Shown here in pieces: positions 18,036 to 26,385 of a stretch of DNA of 64,000 nt. Source of the DNA: Candidatus Danuiimicrobium aquiferis (GTDB taxonomy: Bacteria; Omnitrophota; Omnitrophia; Omnitrophales; Danuiimicrobiaceae); contig MHFR01000063.1 in NCBI GenBank assembly GCA_001804285.1, positions 38,901-102,900 of the forward strand, given 5' to 3'. The notes under the pieces are model-generated. The model was given only the letters and a program-made list of their open reading frames with translations, did not search any database and was not told the origin of the DNA. Position numbers and translations under genes: made by a program. Numbering within the stretch: the first letter of the stretch is position 1; each line of letters opens with the position of its first letter.

Positions 18036-20141
18036 ATGGCATTTAACTTGTCTCGATTTTGGAAGAAAGGTGAATCGGAGACGGAAACTCCGGTTAGCCA
18101 TGAACAGATTCACGAGATCCCGTTATTTTCATCTTTAACTCCTCAGGAACTAAAAATTATCGAAACGAAAGCGCGCCGCGTTGAATTCAAGAAAGGAGAC
18201 ATTGTCTACCGGATAGGTGAACATGCTGATGCTCTTTATATTGTTCTCTCCGGCCGGTTTGTCATGACTGGAGTATCCGGTCAGGCAGTAGCGACCTTGT
18301 CACGCGGGGATTGCTTTGGGGAAAGTTCTCTTTTGTCCGGACGCCCGCATAGTGCGATGATTCAGGCAAGAAACAATAGTCTTGTTCTCAAAATTCTTAA
18401 AGAGGATTTCCATGCTTTAATTGAGGTGATTCCTTCGCTTTCCGTTCACCTGAGCCGCACCATGAGCCACCGTCTGGCAACCGGTCTGAGCGAATCCAAA
18501 TTGTCGGAAACAAAAATTTTATCAATCTGTGATTTTGGATTTACATATGAGAAAAGGTTGTTTGCGTGGGATTTTGCGGCCATTCTTGCGAATGTCAGCA
18601 AAAAGAAAGTTGTTTTGGTGTTTCTTGAAGTTCCGAAACAACGAAAAGAAGAGGATTCCCTGACGGATGATCATCCTTCAGTTGCCGTTTCGTTGTCTGA
18701 ATTCGAATTAGCACTTCATCGGGGTGCGGGCGCAAAATTTATAGGTCACACGAAAGATTCCTTTGATTATTTTCATGTTGGCAACAAACCGGAAGAAGTT
18801 GTGACGGATAAACAAATTTCCCACCTCCTCGGATATCTAATTGACCGGTATGATTTTATTTTATTAAGCACTCCCGAGAAATCAAATTTCGGTTTAATGA
18901 GCATTAAAGCGATTCAACAATCCGACCTGATTTATTATTTAGTGAATGAAAAATTCAGGGCGGCCGAGATGATCGGTGAGTTTTTGGCGGAACTCCGAAA
19001 CTCATTCGGTTTTATGTCTAATGAAATCCGTGTGATTCTTTGCGAAACTGAAGATCATGCAGCTTCGGAAGATTTAGCGCAAAATCAGTCTATGTCTGAG
19101 CTGAATGTATTTTTGAATCTACCCGCCGAGAAATTCCAAGATCGCCGACTGCAGGTTGAACAGCATGCGTTTGCCATTCTGAATCCCGACTCGAAATATA
19201 CGCACGCGATTCGTTATTTGGGACGTGAATTATCGGGGAAACTTGTAGGGCTGGCTTTGGGCGGCGGAGCGGCGTTCGGATTAGCGCATATCGGTGTTTT
19301 GCGTGTTTTTGAAGAGGCGAAGATCCCGATTGATGTGATTGCGGGAAGTTCGATTGGCGCATTGATCGGTGTGCTGTGGGCAGCCGGGTATAGTAGCTAT
19401 GAGATTGAGAAAATTGCCCTTAAATTAGATCGATGGAATACATTCCCAAAATTAGTTGGTATGACTGATTTATCGATACCACATTTTGGGTTTTTTAAGG
19501 GAAACCAGGTATCGCGGTATTTTAGGAATTATTTGGGGCACAAAACTTTTCGTGATTTAAGTATTCCCGTTAAGATTGTTACGGCAAATCTGAATACAGG
19601 AGAAGCGGTGATTCATCAGGAAGGGGATGTTGTGGATGCGCTTCGCGCCAGCGTTTCGATTCCTGGGATCTTTTGGCCGGTTAAATATAAAAAACAATAT
19701 TTGATTGATGGCGGAGTAGTAGATCCGCTTCCGGTCCGGGTATTGAGTGCTTACGGTGCCAAGAAATTAATTGCGGTTAATGTGATGTTCTCCCCCGAGG
19801 ATAATATAAAGCATCAAGAAATAGTCGAGCAAAGGAGGAATGCGGAGCAGGTGAAGAGTCAAAAACGGAATCGTTTGTTGTCTGCGATTGAAAAGTTTTT
19901 TAAACATTTCAAGAAAGAAACTCCTCCGACCATTTTCAATGTGTTGATGAATACCATTCAGTTCCTTGAGTTTGGAATTGCTGAAGCGAATGCCAAATAT
20001 GCCGATGTTGTCATTCATCCCGTTATCCCTGATTCGCACTGGGCAGAGTTTTTTTCTCCTCAGAAATTTATTTTAGTGGGTGAAAAATGTACTCGCGAAC
20101 GGATAGAAGAAATTCGGAAATTGGTGGAGGATGACAGTTGA
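18036..20141 (+). CDS. Cyclic-nucleotide-binding / patatin-like phospholipase fusion
   Basis: N-terminal cNMP domain (GDCFGE); C-terminal patatin motifs LGGGAAFG, GSSIG (GxSxG) and DGG. Confidence 0.88.
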   Translation: MAFNLSRFWKKGESETETPVSHEQIHEIPLFSSLTPQELKIIETKARRVEFKKGDIVYRIGEHADALYIVLSGRFVMTGVSGQAVATLSRGDCFGESSLLSGRPHSAMIQARNNSLVLKILKEDFHALIEVIPSLSVHLSRTMSHRLATGLSESKLSETKILSICDFGFTYEKRLFAWDFAAILANVSKKKVVLVFLEVPKQRKEEDSLTDDHPSVAVSLSEFELALHRGAGAKFIGHTKDSFDYFHVGNKPEEVVTDKQISHLLGYLIDRYDFILLSTPEKSNFGLMSIKAIQQSDLIYYLVNEKFRAAEMIGEFLAELRNSFGFMSNEIRVILCETEDHAASEDLAQNQSMSELNVFLNLPAEKFQDRRLQVEQHAFAILNPDSKYTHAIRYLGRELSGKLVGLALGGGAAFGLAHIGVLRVFEEAKIPIDVIAGSSIGALIGVLWAAGYSSYEIEKIALKLDRWNTFPKLVGMTDLSIPHFGFFKGNQVSRYFRNYLGHKTFRDLSIPVKIVTANLNTGEAVIHQEGDVVDALRASVSIPGIFWPVKYKKQYLIDGGVVDPLPVRVLSAYGAKKLIAVNVMFSPEDNIKHQEIVEQRRNAEQVKSQKRNRLLSAIEKFFKHFKKETPPTIFNVLMNTIQFLEFGIAEANAKYADVVIHPVIPDSHWAEFFSPQKFILVGEKCTRERIEEIRKLVEDDS

Positions 20142-20149
20142 TATTTTTT

Positions 20150-20267
20150 TCTGGAGGTTAAATTGACAACGACAACCATGCTGTATGAGATGAAACGACA
20201 AAATTTGGGTAAAGGGCTTGCGTCAATGTGTGCCGGTGGTGGGCAAGGCGGAGCGATGAGGAGGTAA
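20150..20267 (+). pseudogene. Thiolase (acetyl-CoA acyltransferase) C-terminal remnant
   Basis: Translates KLTTTTMLYEMKRQNLGKGLASMCAGGGQGGAM, the thiolase C-terminal catalytic Cys motif; the rest of the gene is absent. Confidence 0.75.
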
Positions 20268-20433
20268 TAGGGGTTCTATGGGAATGGAATTTGAGGTAAT
20301 AAATACTGGAAAATTTAGAATATGTCATGTATATTTATTCTTATATAAGTTGGCCTATATTGTTTTTGGGGATGGGGCCAGCGATAGTCCATGATTCAAG
20401 TAACTCATATGTAATATTTTCTGGAGGAGTGCT

Positions 20434-21222
20434 ATGAAGCGGATGTCTAAGATAATGTTATCAACAAGCTTTCAAACCGTATTGATGGTATGCTTTTTAT
20501 CAGTATTTTCTTTGGGCGCTTTATGGGCGGGCAAAAAAACAAACCCGTCTAAAGAAGAAGGCGCGAAAAAGTATAGAGTAACAGAAGCAACTGCTCAGCC
20601 CAAACAGGCCTCCGTTAAACCTAATAACATTCCAGAAAAATCAGCCCAAACACCTTCTCAAGAAGCGAGTAAAGCCAAGCAGACGGTTGTTGTCGGGGCG
20701 CAAAAAACAACGCAAGAGATTACGAACAAGACTGGTATTCCTTCCATCCCAAATCTTCCTCCCATAGTCCATCAGGTTGCATTAAAAAAAATGACACCCA
20801 TGAGCGTTCCTAAAGTTGTACAACCAGTTACGGCTTCCGACCAAAAAATTTTACCTAAAGTGGTTACGCCCCAAAAAGTCATGCCACCGGTTGATATTAT
20901 TCGAGTTCAAAATGAGTTGAAAAATATTATTGAGCGAACCAAAGTTCTTCAAGAACAGGTTCAGAATGACCGTGCAAAGGTCAAAGATGTATTAGACCGC
21001 GCCCAAATTCATCATAAAATTCTGGGTGATCTTTCAAAAGAGCCTCTTATTCCTTCCGGCGAAAAGATAGAAGATGCGGGCATCGATCGGGCGCTCAAAG
21101 AGGAGAAATTGAAGATTTTGGCTGCGCAAGTGGAAGAAAGCGAAAATGAACTCAGGAATATCGAATCAACGAATAGCGCGGTTCTAAACGCAAGTTCAAA
21201 GAAATCCAAGAAGCCTGAATAA
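20434..21222 (+). CDS. Hypothetical exported protein (Pro/Lys-rich linker, coiled-coil C-terminus)
   Basis: GGAGGAG RBS, N-terminal signal-like hydrophobic segment. Confidence 0.65.
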   Translation: MKRMSKIMLSTSFQTVLMVCFLSVFSLGALWAGKKTNPSKEEGAKKYRVTEATAQPKQASVKPNNIPEKSAQTPSQEASKAKQTVVVGAQKTTQEITNKTGIPSIPNLPPIVHQVALKKMTPMSVPKVVQPVTASDQKILPKVVTPQKVMPPVDIIRVQNELKNIIERTKVLQEQVQNDRAKVKDVLDRAQIHHKILGDLSKEPLIPSGEKIEDAGIDRALKEEKLKILAAQVEESENELRNIESTNSAVLNASSKKSKKPE

Positions 21223-21304
21223 GAAGTTCAAGGGCTATGGGATATCGATTCATTCTGTTGGAAACTATGATTTTTCCGCATAACTATTAACGTAAAATAC
21301 TCTC

Positions 21305-23137
21305 TTGAACCATCAAAGTTTGGTCGACTTATTCCTGAAGCAAGAAGTGCGACATCAAAAGAATCCTTTTCTCCGCCATAAAAAAGACAGTTCTTACCAA
21401 GATATTTCATGGAGTGATACGAAGAAAATAATTTACCGGCTTGCGCTTTTCCTGAAAAGGCTTGGGGTGGAGAAAAATGATAAAATAGCCATCATTTCTG
21501 GTAACCGGCCCGAATGGATTTATTCAGATTTGGCAGCGCTTTCGGTTGGTGCAGTGGTGGTTCCGCTTTATCCGACGTCCGCCACAAAGGAGATATCACA
21601 TATTCTGGAACATTCGGGAGCCGTCGTTCTTTTCGCAGAGTTAATGAAAGATGTGGAAAGGATTAAATCAGATTTTTGCGGGTTTGAATCCTTTAAAAAA
21701 GTCGTTTGCTTTGAACCCGTGCGGACATCTAATCCTCGCCTCGTTTTTTTTCCGGAATTGATGCGAGGGGCTGAAATGACTCCTGAAGAAAAAAATGAAA
21801 TCGAGGAATCAATTAAGGCTATTCAGCCGGATGACATTGCCAGCATTATTTACACGTCAGGAACGACGGGTGTTTCAAAGGGAGTGATGCTCTCGCACCG
21901 GAATTTTTTGACCAATTGCTATGACGCTCAAGCAGCCCTTCCGCTTGATGAAAATGATGTTTCTCTGTCCTTTCTTCCGTTTAGTCATGTTTTTGAACGG
22001 ATGGCCGGTTATTATTTAGCAATCCTTTGTGGCTTCGTGACGGCTTTTGCGGAGAATCTTGAAACGGTTCAGCATAATTTATTAGAAGTGAAGCCGACGA
22101 TTGCCCGTGCGGTTCCTCGCTTTTTTGAAAAAATTTATATCAATATCAACACTAAAATTAAGCAAAGGCATCCGCTTTTGCAGTCCATTTTCCGATGGGC
22201 GCTTGATGTCGGGAGAAAAGCGTATGATTACCGGCTGACGAAAAAGCCGCTTCCGTTTTTTTTGAATTTGCAAAGTTATTTAGTCGATCGATTGTTTTTT
22301 TCGAAGATTCACAAAGCGTTAGGTGGTCGTATGCGCTTTATGATATCGGGAGGAGCGCCGCTTGCCAAGGGGTTGGCTGAATTTTTCTATTCTGTCGGAG
22401 TGTTGGTGTTGGAAGGCTATGGTTTAACAGAGACATCGCCGGTGATTTCCGTCAATAGGCCGAAAGCTTTTAAGTTTGGTTCGGTCGGGAAACCCGTTGA
22501 TCATGTCGCTGTTAAGATTGCGGGAGACGGTGAAGTGCTTGTGCGTGGCGAGTCTGTGATGCGGGGTTATTTCCGGGATGATAAAGCGACAAAAGACACG
22601 ATTCGGGACGGTTGGCTATATACGGGAGATCTTGGGATGCTTGATGCCGACGGTTTTTTGTATATTACCGGGCGGAAGAAAGATATTATTGTTACATCCG
22701 GCGGAAAAAATATTTCGCCGCAAAAAATTGAAAATATAGTTCTGGAAAAATCCGGTATTGCGCAAATTGTACTGATCGGGGATAAAAGGAAATATTTAAC
22801 AGCGCTGATCGTTCCGAGTTTTCCGGAAATGAAGCGGGAATTGTTGTGTGAAGGGATTCCTCCCGATGCCGCTCCGAAAACTTTGATCCAAGATATCAGA
22901 ATCCATCAGTTCATCAGGAAACGCCTTGATGATTGTACGCGAGAACTTGGCTCACATGAAAAAATAAAGTATTTTACGCTGCTTGCCCGTGAACTTGCTT
23001 TGGAGCAGGGAGAGATGACTCCTACATTCAAGATTAAACGGCAAGTTGTCGGTGAGCGGTATAGAGAAACTATCGATCGGATGTATGGAGAGGAATTGGA
23101 TGATGAAAGAAGAGACAGGATATTTTTCATCCTTTGA
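21305..23137 (+). CDS. fadD: Long-chain fatty acid--CoA ligase
   Basis: YTSGTTGVSKG, EGYGLTETSP, GWLYTGDLG, ITGRKKD. Confidence 0.88.
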   Translation: MNHQSLVDLFLKQEVRHQKNPFLRHKKDSSYQDISWSDTKKIIYRLALFLKRLGVEKNDKIAIISGNRPEWIYSDLAALSVGAVVVPLYPTSATKEISHILEHSGAVVLFAELMKDVERIKSDFCGFESFKKVVCFEPVRTSNPRLVFFPELMRGAEMTPEEKNEIEESIKAIQPDDIASIIYTSGTTGVSKGVMLSHRNFLTNCYDAQAALPLDENDVSLSFLPFSHVFERMAGYYLAILCGFVTAFAENLETVQHNLLEVKPTIARAVPRFFEKIYININTKIKQRHPLLQSIFRWALDVGRKAYDYRLTKKPLPFFLNLQSYLVDRLFFSKIHKALGGRMRFMISGGAPLAKGLAEFFYSVGVLVLEGYGLTETSPVISVNRPKAFKFGSVGKPVDHVAVKIAGDGEVLVRGESVMRGYFRDDKATKDTIRDGWLYTGDLGMLDADGFLYITGRKKDIIVTSGGKNISPQKIENIVLEKSGIAQIVLIGDKRKYLTALIVPSFPEMKRELLCEGIPPDAAPKTLIQDIRIHQFIRKRLDDCTRELGSHEKIKYFTLLARELALEQGEMTPTFKIKRQVVGERYRETIDRMYGEELDDERRDRIFFIL

Positions 23138-23933
23138 TGATACGAAGATCTTTTTCCGGGCTTGGGTGAAAGAGGTTCCCCATGCGCTCATTATGGTGCA
23201 CGGTTACGGAGAGCATTCTGGCCGGTATGCGGAGTTGGTCGAGGATTTGAAAGATCTTCCGCTTTCTTTTTTCATTGCGGATTTACGAGGACATGGAAAA
23301 TCCAGCGGAGACCGTGTGTTTGTTGATCGTTTCGACGAATTTATCGTGGATCTTTATGTGTTCCGGTCATTCATCGAGACGAAATTAAGTGGTCAAGCGA
23401 AGAAGTTTATTTTATTCGGGCATAGTTTGGGCGGTTTAATTACCACTCATGCAGTTTTAAAACATCAAGAGCAATGGGAATCTCTCATTTTATCCTCACC
23501 GTATTTTGGTCTTCCTGTTTGTAACTGGTGTATGCGGCAGTTGACAAAGGTACTAAAAGTATTTGGCTCCAAAGTGATTTGGAGTAATCCTGTCGATCCT
23601 TTTTTTATGAGTCATGACCCGGAACGGGTGAAGCGGTATAAGACAGATCCCCATATTCAGCGTAAAATTACGATTAATCTGGCGGGGGAAATGATGAAAG
23701 CGGCGAAGCTGGCATTAAGAAAAGCCGGAAAAATTCAAAAACCGGTGTTTATTTTGGCTGCCGGAGACGATCGGATTGTTTCCCTTAGTAATACCCGGGA
23801 ATTTTATCATCGTCTCCGTTCTGCAGATAAAAAAATAGAGATTCTCAATGGCTTTTATCATGAGTTGTTTCAGGAGCGGAACCGCGAGAAACCGGTCGGT
23901 ATTTTAAAGGGATATTTAAATTCTCAAATCTAA
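23100..23933 (+). CDS. Lysophospholipase / monoacylglycerol lipase (alpha/beta hydrolase)
   Basis: VHGYGEHSGRY, DLRGHGKS, GHSLGG, GFYHELFQE. Confidence 0.9.
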   Translation: MMKEETGYFSSFDDTKIFFRAWVKEVPHALIMVHGYGEHSGRYAELVEDLKDLPLSFFIADLRGHGKSSGDRVFVDRFDEFIVDLYVFRSFIETKLSGQAKKFILFGHSLGGLITTHAVLKHQEQWESLILSSPYFGLPVCNWCMRQLTKVLKVFGSKVIWSNPVDPFFMSHDPERVKRYKTDPHIQRKITINLAGEMMKAAKLALRKAGKIQKPVFILAAGDDRIVSLSNTREFYHRLRSADKKIEILNGFYHELFQERNREKPVGILKGYLNSQI

Positions 23934-24039
23934 TGTTTGAAATTTAGCCCATCTATCAGTACAATCTAAAATTCGAAATTGCTGTATGAGTGATTTTGTG
24001 TCTATTTAGGATTTTGAATTGGCAAACACGCCAGTTCGT

Positions 24040-24262
24040 GTCATGCCCGCATGTTTACCCTCGGTAAGGCGAGGGCCGGCCCTGTATTTCCAGGGAAGCG
24101 GGCATCTGCGCATGTCCGCCACAAAGCGTTGGCGGATCCGCCTCTGGCGGAGATTCCCGCTTTTCCGCCACTAAAGCGTTGGTGGATCCGACCACGTTGT
24201 TTGTCTCCACACAACGTCGGCGACCCGCCAACGATTTGTGGCGGGGCGGACGCGGGAATGAC
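24040..24262. repeat. GTCAT-type palindromic element carrying three nested insertions
   Basis: Removing 24058-24095, 24115-24151 and 24164-24250 restores a sequence close to the 1673-1736 element. Confidence 0.8.
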
Positions 24263-24270
24263 AAAAAAGC

Positions 24271-24588
24271 GAAAAGTTTTGACATGCATTATATTTTTTG
24301 TGGGCCTGCCCCGCCAATGGCGGGACTGCGGGCAGTAGTTGTTGTGCCAAGTATATTCCGTGGCCGGATAGGCGTAGGATTTGTCATATAGCGTTTCGTG
24401 GGCCTGCCCCACAGGGGCTGCTGGAAATATTTGGGTTTCCAAATAAACGGCATTGGCCGTATTGCAAGAGAATTTGAAAATACAACATTTCGTGGGCCTG
24501 CCCTAAAGGACTGCTGGAAACAGTTGTTGAGCAGTTTTTGGTTTGTGGCAGGAAAAGTTTGACATGCAGTACATCTTTTGTGGGCCTG
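24271..24588 (+). repeat. Tandem ~90-98 bp degenerate units, each containing GTGGGCCTG (the tRNA 5' end)
   Basis: GTGGGCCTG at 24300, 24398, 24492 and 24580, the last being the tRNA start. Confidence 0.7.
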
Positions 24589-24657
24589 TAGCTCAGTTGG
24601 GAGAGCGCTACATTCGCATTGTAGAGGCCAGGGGTTCAACTCCCCTCAGGTCCACCA
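24582..24657 (+). tRNA. tRNA-Ala(CGC)
   Basis: 76 nt; acceptor stem GGGCCTG/CAGGTCC with G3:U70; anticodon arm CTACA-TTCGCAT-TGTAG; GTTCAA T-loop; encoded CCA. Confidence 0.95.
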
Positions 24658-24958
24658 TTTTAAATCCTTTCCCTATAAATACTTCTGAAAAGTCACCCTT
24701 CCTTTAATAAGTATTAAGAAAGGGGGGTGTCAGCAAAACTGTCAGCACTTTTAAGTGTTATTTGAGTGATATAGCGCGCATTATAGAGCAAGACTGGCAG
24801 GATTCTATAGGGCGTCTATATCTTCAATGGTACCGTAATACAATTGTTTTCAATAAATTGCTGTTTAGTGAGTTCGGGCTGAACTCCACTCTTTGACGCT
24901 CAAGACTTTGTAGGAATTTGACGTAAAGATTATCAGAGAATGGAAAAAATAATTTGGG

Positions 24959-25042
24959 TCCGGGCGAATAGTTCCCGGAGGTGCTTTTTTGATGGTCGGG
25001 CCGCCATCTGAACTTGGTTCAGGTGGCGGCCCTTTTCTTTTT
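24959..25042 (+). promoter_or_regulatory. Riboswitch-like cis element with overlapping intrinsic terminator (copy 1)
   Basis: Hairpin ending CGGA, then GGTG-N7-GATGGTCGGGCCGCCATCTG, then terminator gggccgccatctgaac/gttcaggtggcggccc + U-tract. Confidence 0.65.
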
Positions 25043-25201
25043 ACGCTTGAGTCTCAAAAAAGGATATTTTATGGATTTAAAAAAGGATTGGCCTGTCATT
25101 TTGGCGGTAGGTGGTTTTATTTCTATGGTTGTTTATGCAATCATTTCATCAAGGCGCCAAGAAAAAGAAAATCGAGAAAAATCAAAGAAGTGAGCCATTC
25201 A

Positions 25202-26164
25202 ATGAAAATTAAGAAAAGAATATTTCATCTTTTTTTAGTAGGCAGTCTTGTTTTTGTTACGTCCTGTGCGTCACAAAAAATGGGACATTCTTTGGAAACA
25301 GTTTCTTTCTCGGAAACCGATCTCATCGCCGATCTTATATTCCAGAATGAATGCAGCAGTAAAGCATCGCGCCTCCTTTTTTGGAATGAAGGCGAAAATT
25401 TCCCGTCACTGGGAATTGGGCATTTTATCTGGTATCCGGTTGGCTATGAGGGCCCATTTCACGAAAGCTTTCCAGCTTTTTTATCATTTTTTGAGAGGAA
25501 TGGACACGTTCTGCCCAAATGGTTTAAAGACTTGCCGGGAAGACATGCGCCTTGGCAGACCAGAAAACAATTTCTGGAAGATTTGGACAATGGCGAGTTA
25601 GAGTTTTTGCGTCAATTTCTAATCGAGACAAAAGCATTACAAGCCGAGTTCATTATTCATCGCTTTAGATTATCAATTTCTAAAATTGTGGAAGCTGCTT
25701 CTCCTGATTCCCGGCACGATATAAAACAGAAGCTTTCCTTTATGCTGCATGCAAAAGACGGGTTATATCCGCTGATTGATTATGTTAATTTTAACGGGGA
25801 AGGGATTTTTCAAACCGAACGATATAAAGGCCAAGGGTGGGGATTGTTGCAAGTTCTCGAAGCAATGAAAATGCCGCTCGATGAAAACCATGCGGTTTTA
25901 GAGTTTGTGAATGCAATAAATATCATATTGGAACGGCGGGTAGACAATTCGCCACCTGAACGTAATGAAATTCGCTGGCTTCCGGGCTGGAAAAATAGAA
26001 TTGCTACATATCTTACGGGCGAAAGTAATACCACGTTTCAAATGAATTATCAGTTAAGGCAAGTGCTTTTAGCTGCCATTTCGGAAAATGTACAAATACC
26101 GATCAATCAAACGGATTTTGTAGATGTAACTCCAACAATACCTGTTTCGGGTGTCATTAATTAA
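25202..26164 (+). CDS. Hypothetical lipoprotein, possibly lysozyme-like
   Basis: Lipobox-like FVTSC after a basic/hydrophobic leader from ATG 25202; NE..., SLGIGHFIW and PGWKNRI motifs. Confidence 0.6.
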   Translation: MKIKKRIFHLFLVGSLVFVTSCASQKMGHSLETVSFSETDLIADLIFQNECSSKASRLLFWNEGENFPSLGIGHFIWYPVGYEGPFHESFPAFLSFFERNGHVLPKWFKDLPGRHAPWQTRKQFLEDLDNGELEFLRQFLIETKALQAEFIIHRFRLSISKIVEAASPDSRHDIKQKLSFMLHAKDGLYPLIDYVNFNGEGIFQTERYKGQGWGLLQVLEAMKMPLDENHAVLEFVNAINIILERRVDNSPPERNEIRWLPGWKNRIATYLTGESNTTFQMNYQLRQVLLAAISENVQIPINQTDFVDVTPTIPVSGVIN

Positions 26165-26280
26165 CTCTCGCGAAATATTGAAGAGCAGGGCCACCCTTTT
26201 TGCTTAATTAATTTGCTTGTTCTTTCTGGTAAGGAGTTATAAACTAATAAACTGAAGTATGAATTTGAATGTTTAAGTGG

Positions 26281-26371
26281 TTCGCCAAAATATTTTATGT
26301 TTTGGCGGAGGTGTTTTGCTGATGGTCGGGCCGCCATCTGGGGTGAAATCCGGATGGTGGCTATTTTTTTT
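26281..26371 (+). promoter_or_regulatory. Riboswitch-like cis element with overlapping intrinsic terminator (copy 2)
   Basis: Same CGGAGGTG-N7-GATGGTCGGGCCGCCATCTG core; terminator gccgccatctgg/ccggatggtggc + U-tract directly before the otsA RBS. Confidence 0.65.
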
Positions 26372-26385
26372 GGAGGACGACTAAA

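Noticed and set aside
24271-24588. CRISPR array
   Set aside because: Repeats are degenerate with only a 9-bp invariant core, the period (88-98 bp) is too long and uneven, and no cas genes are present
24041-24639. Five overlapping ORFs
   Set aside because: They cover the nested repeat, the tandem array and the tRNA antisense strand
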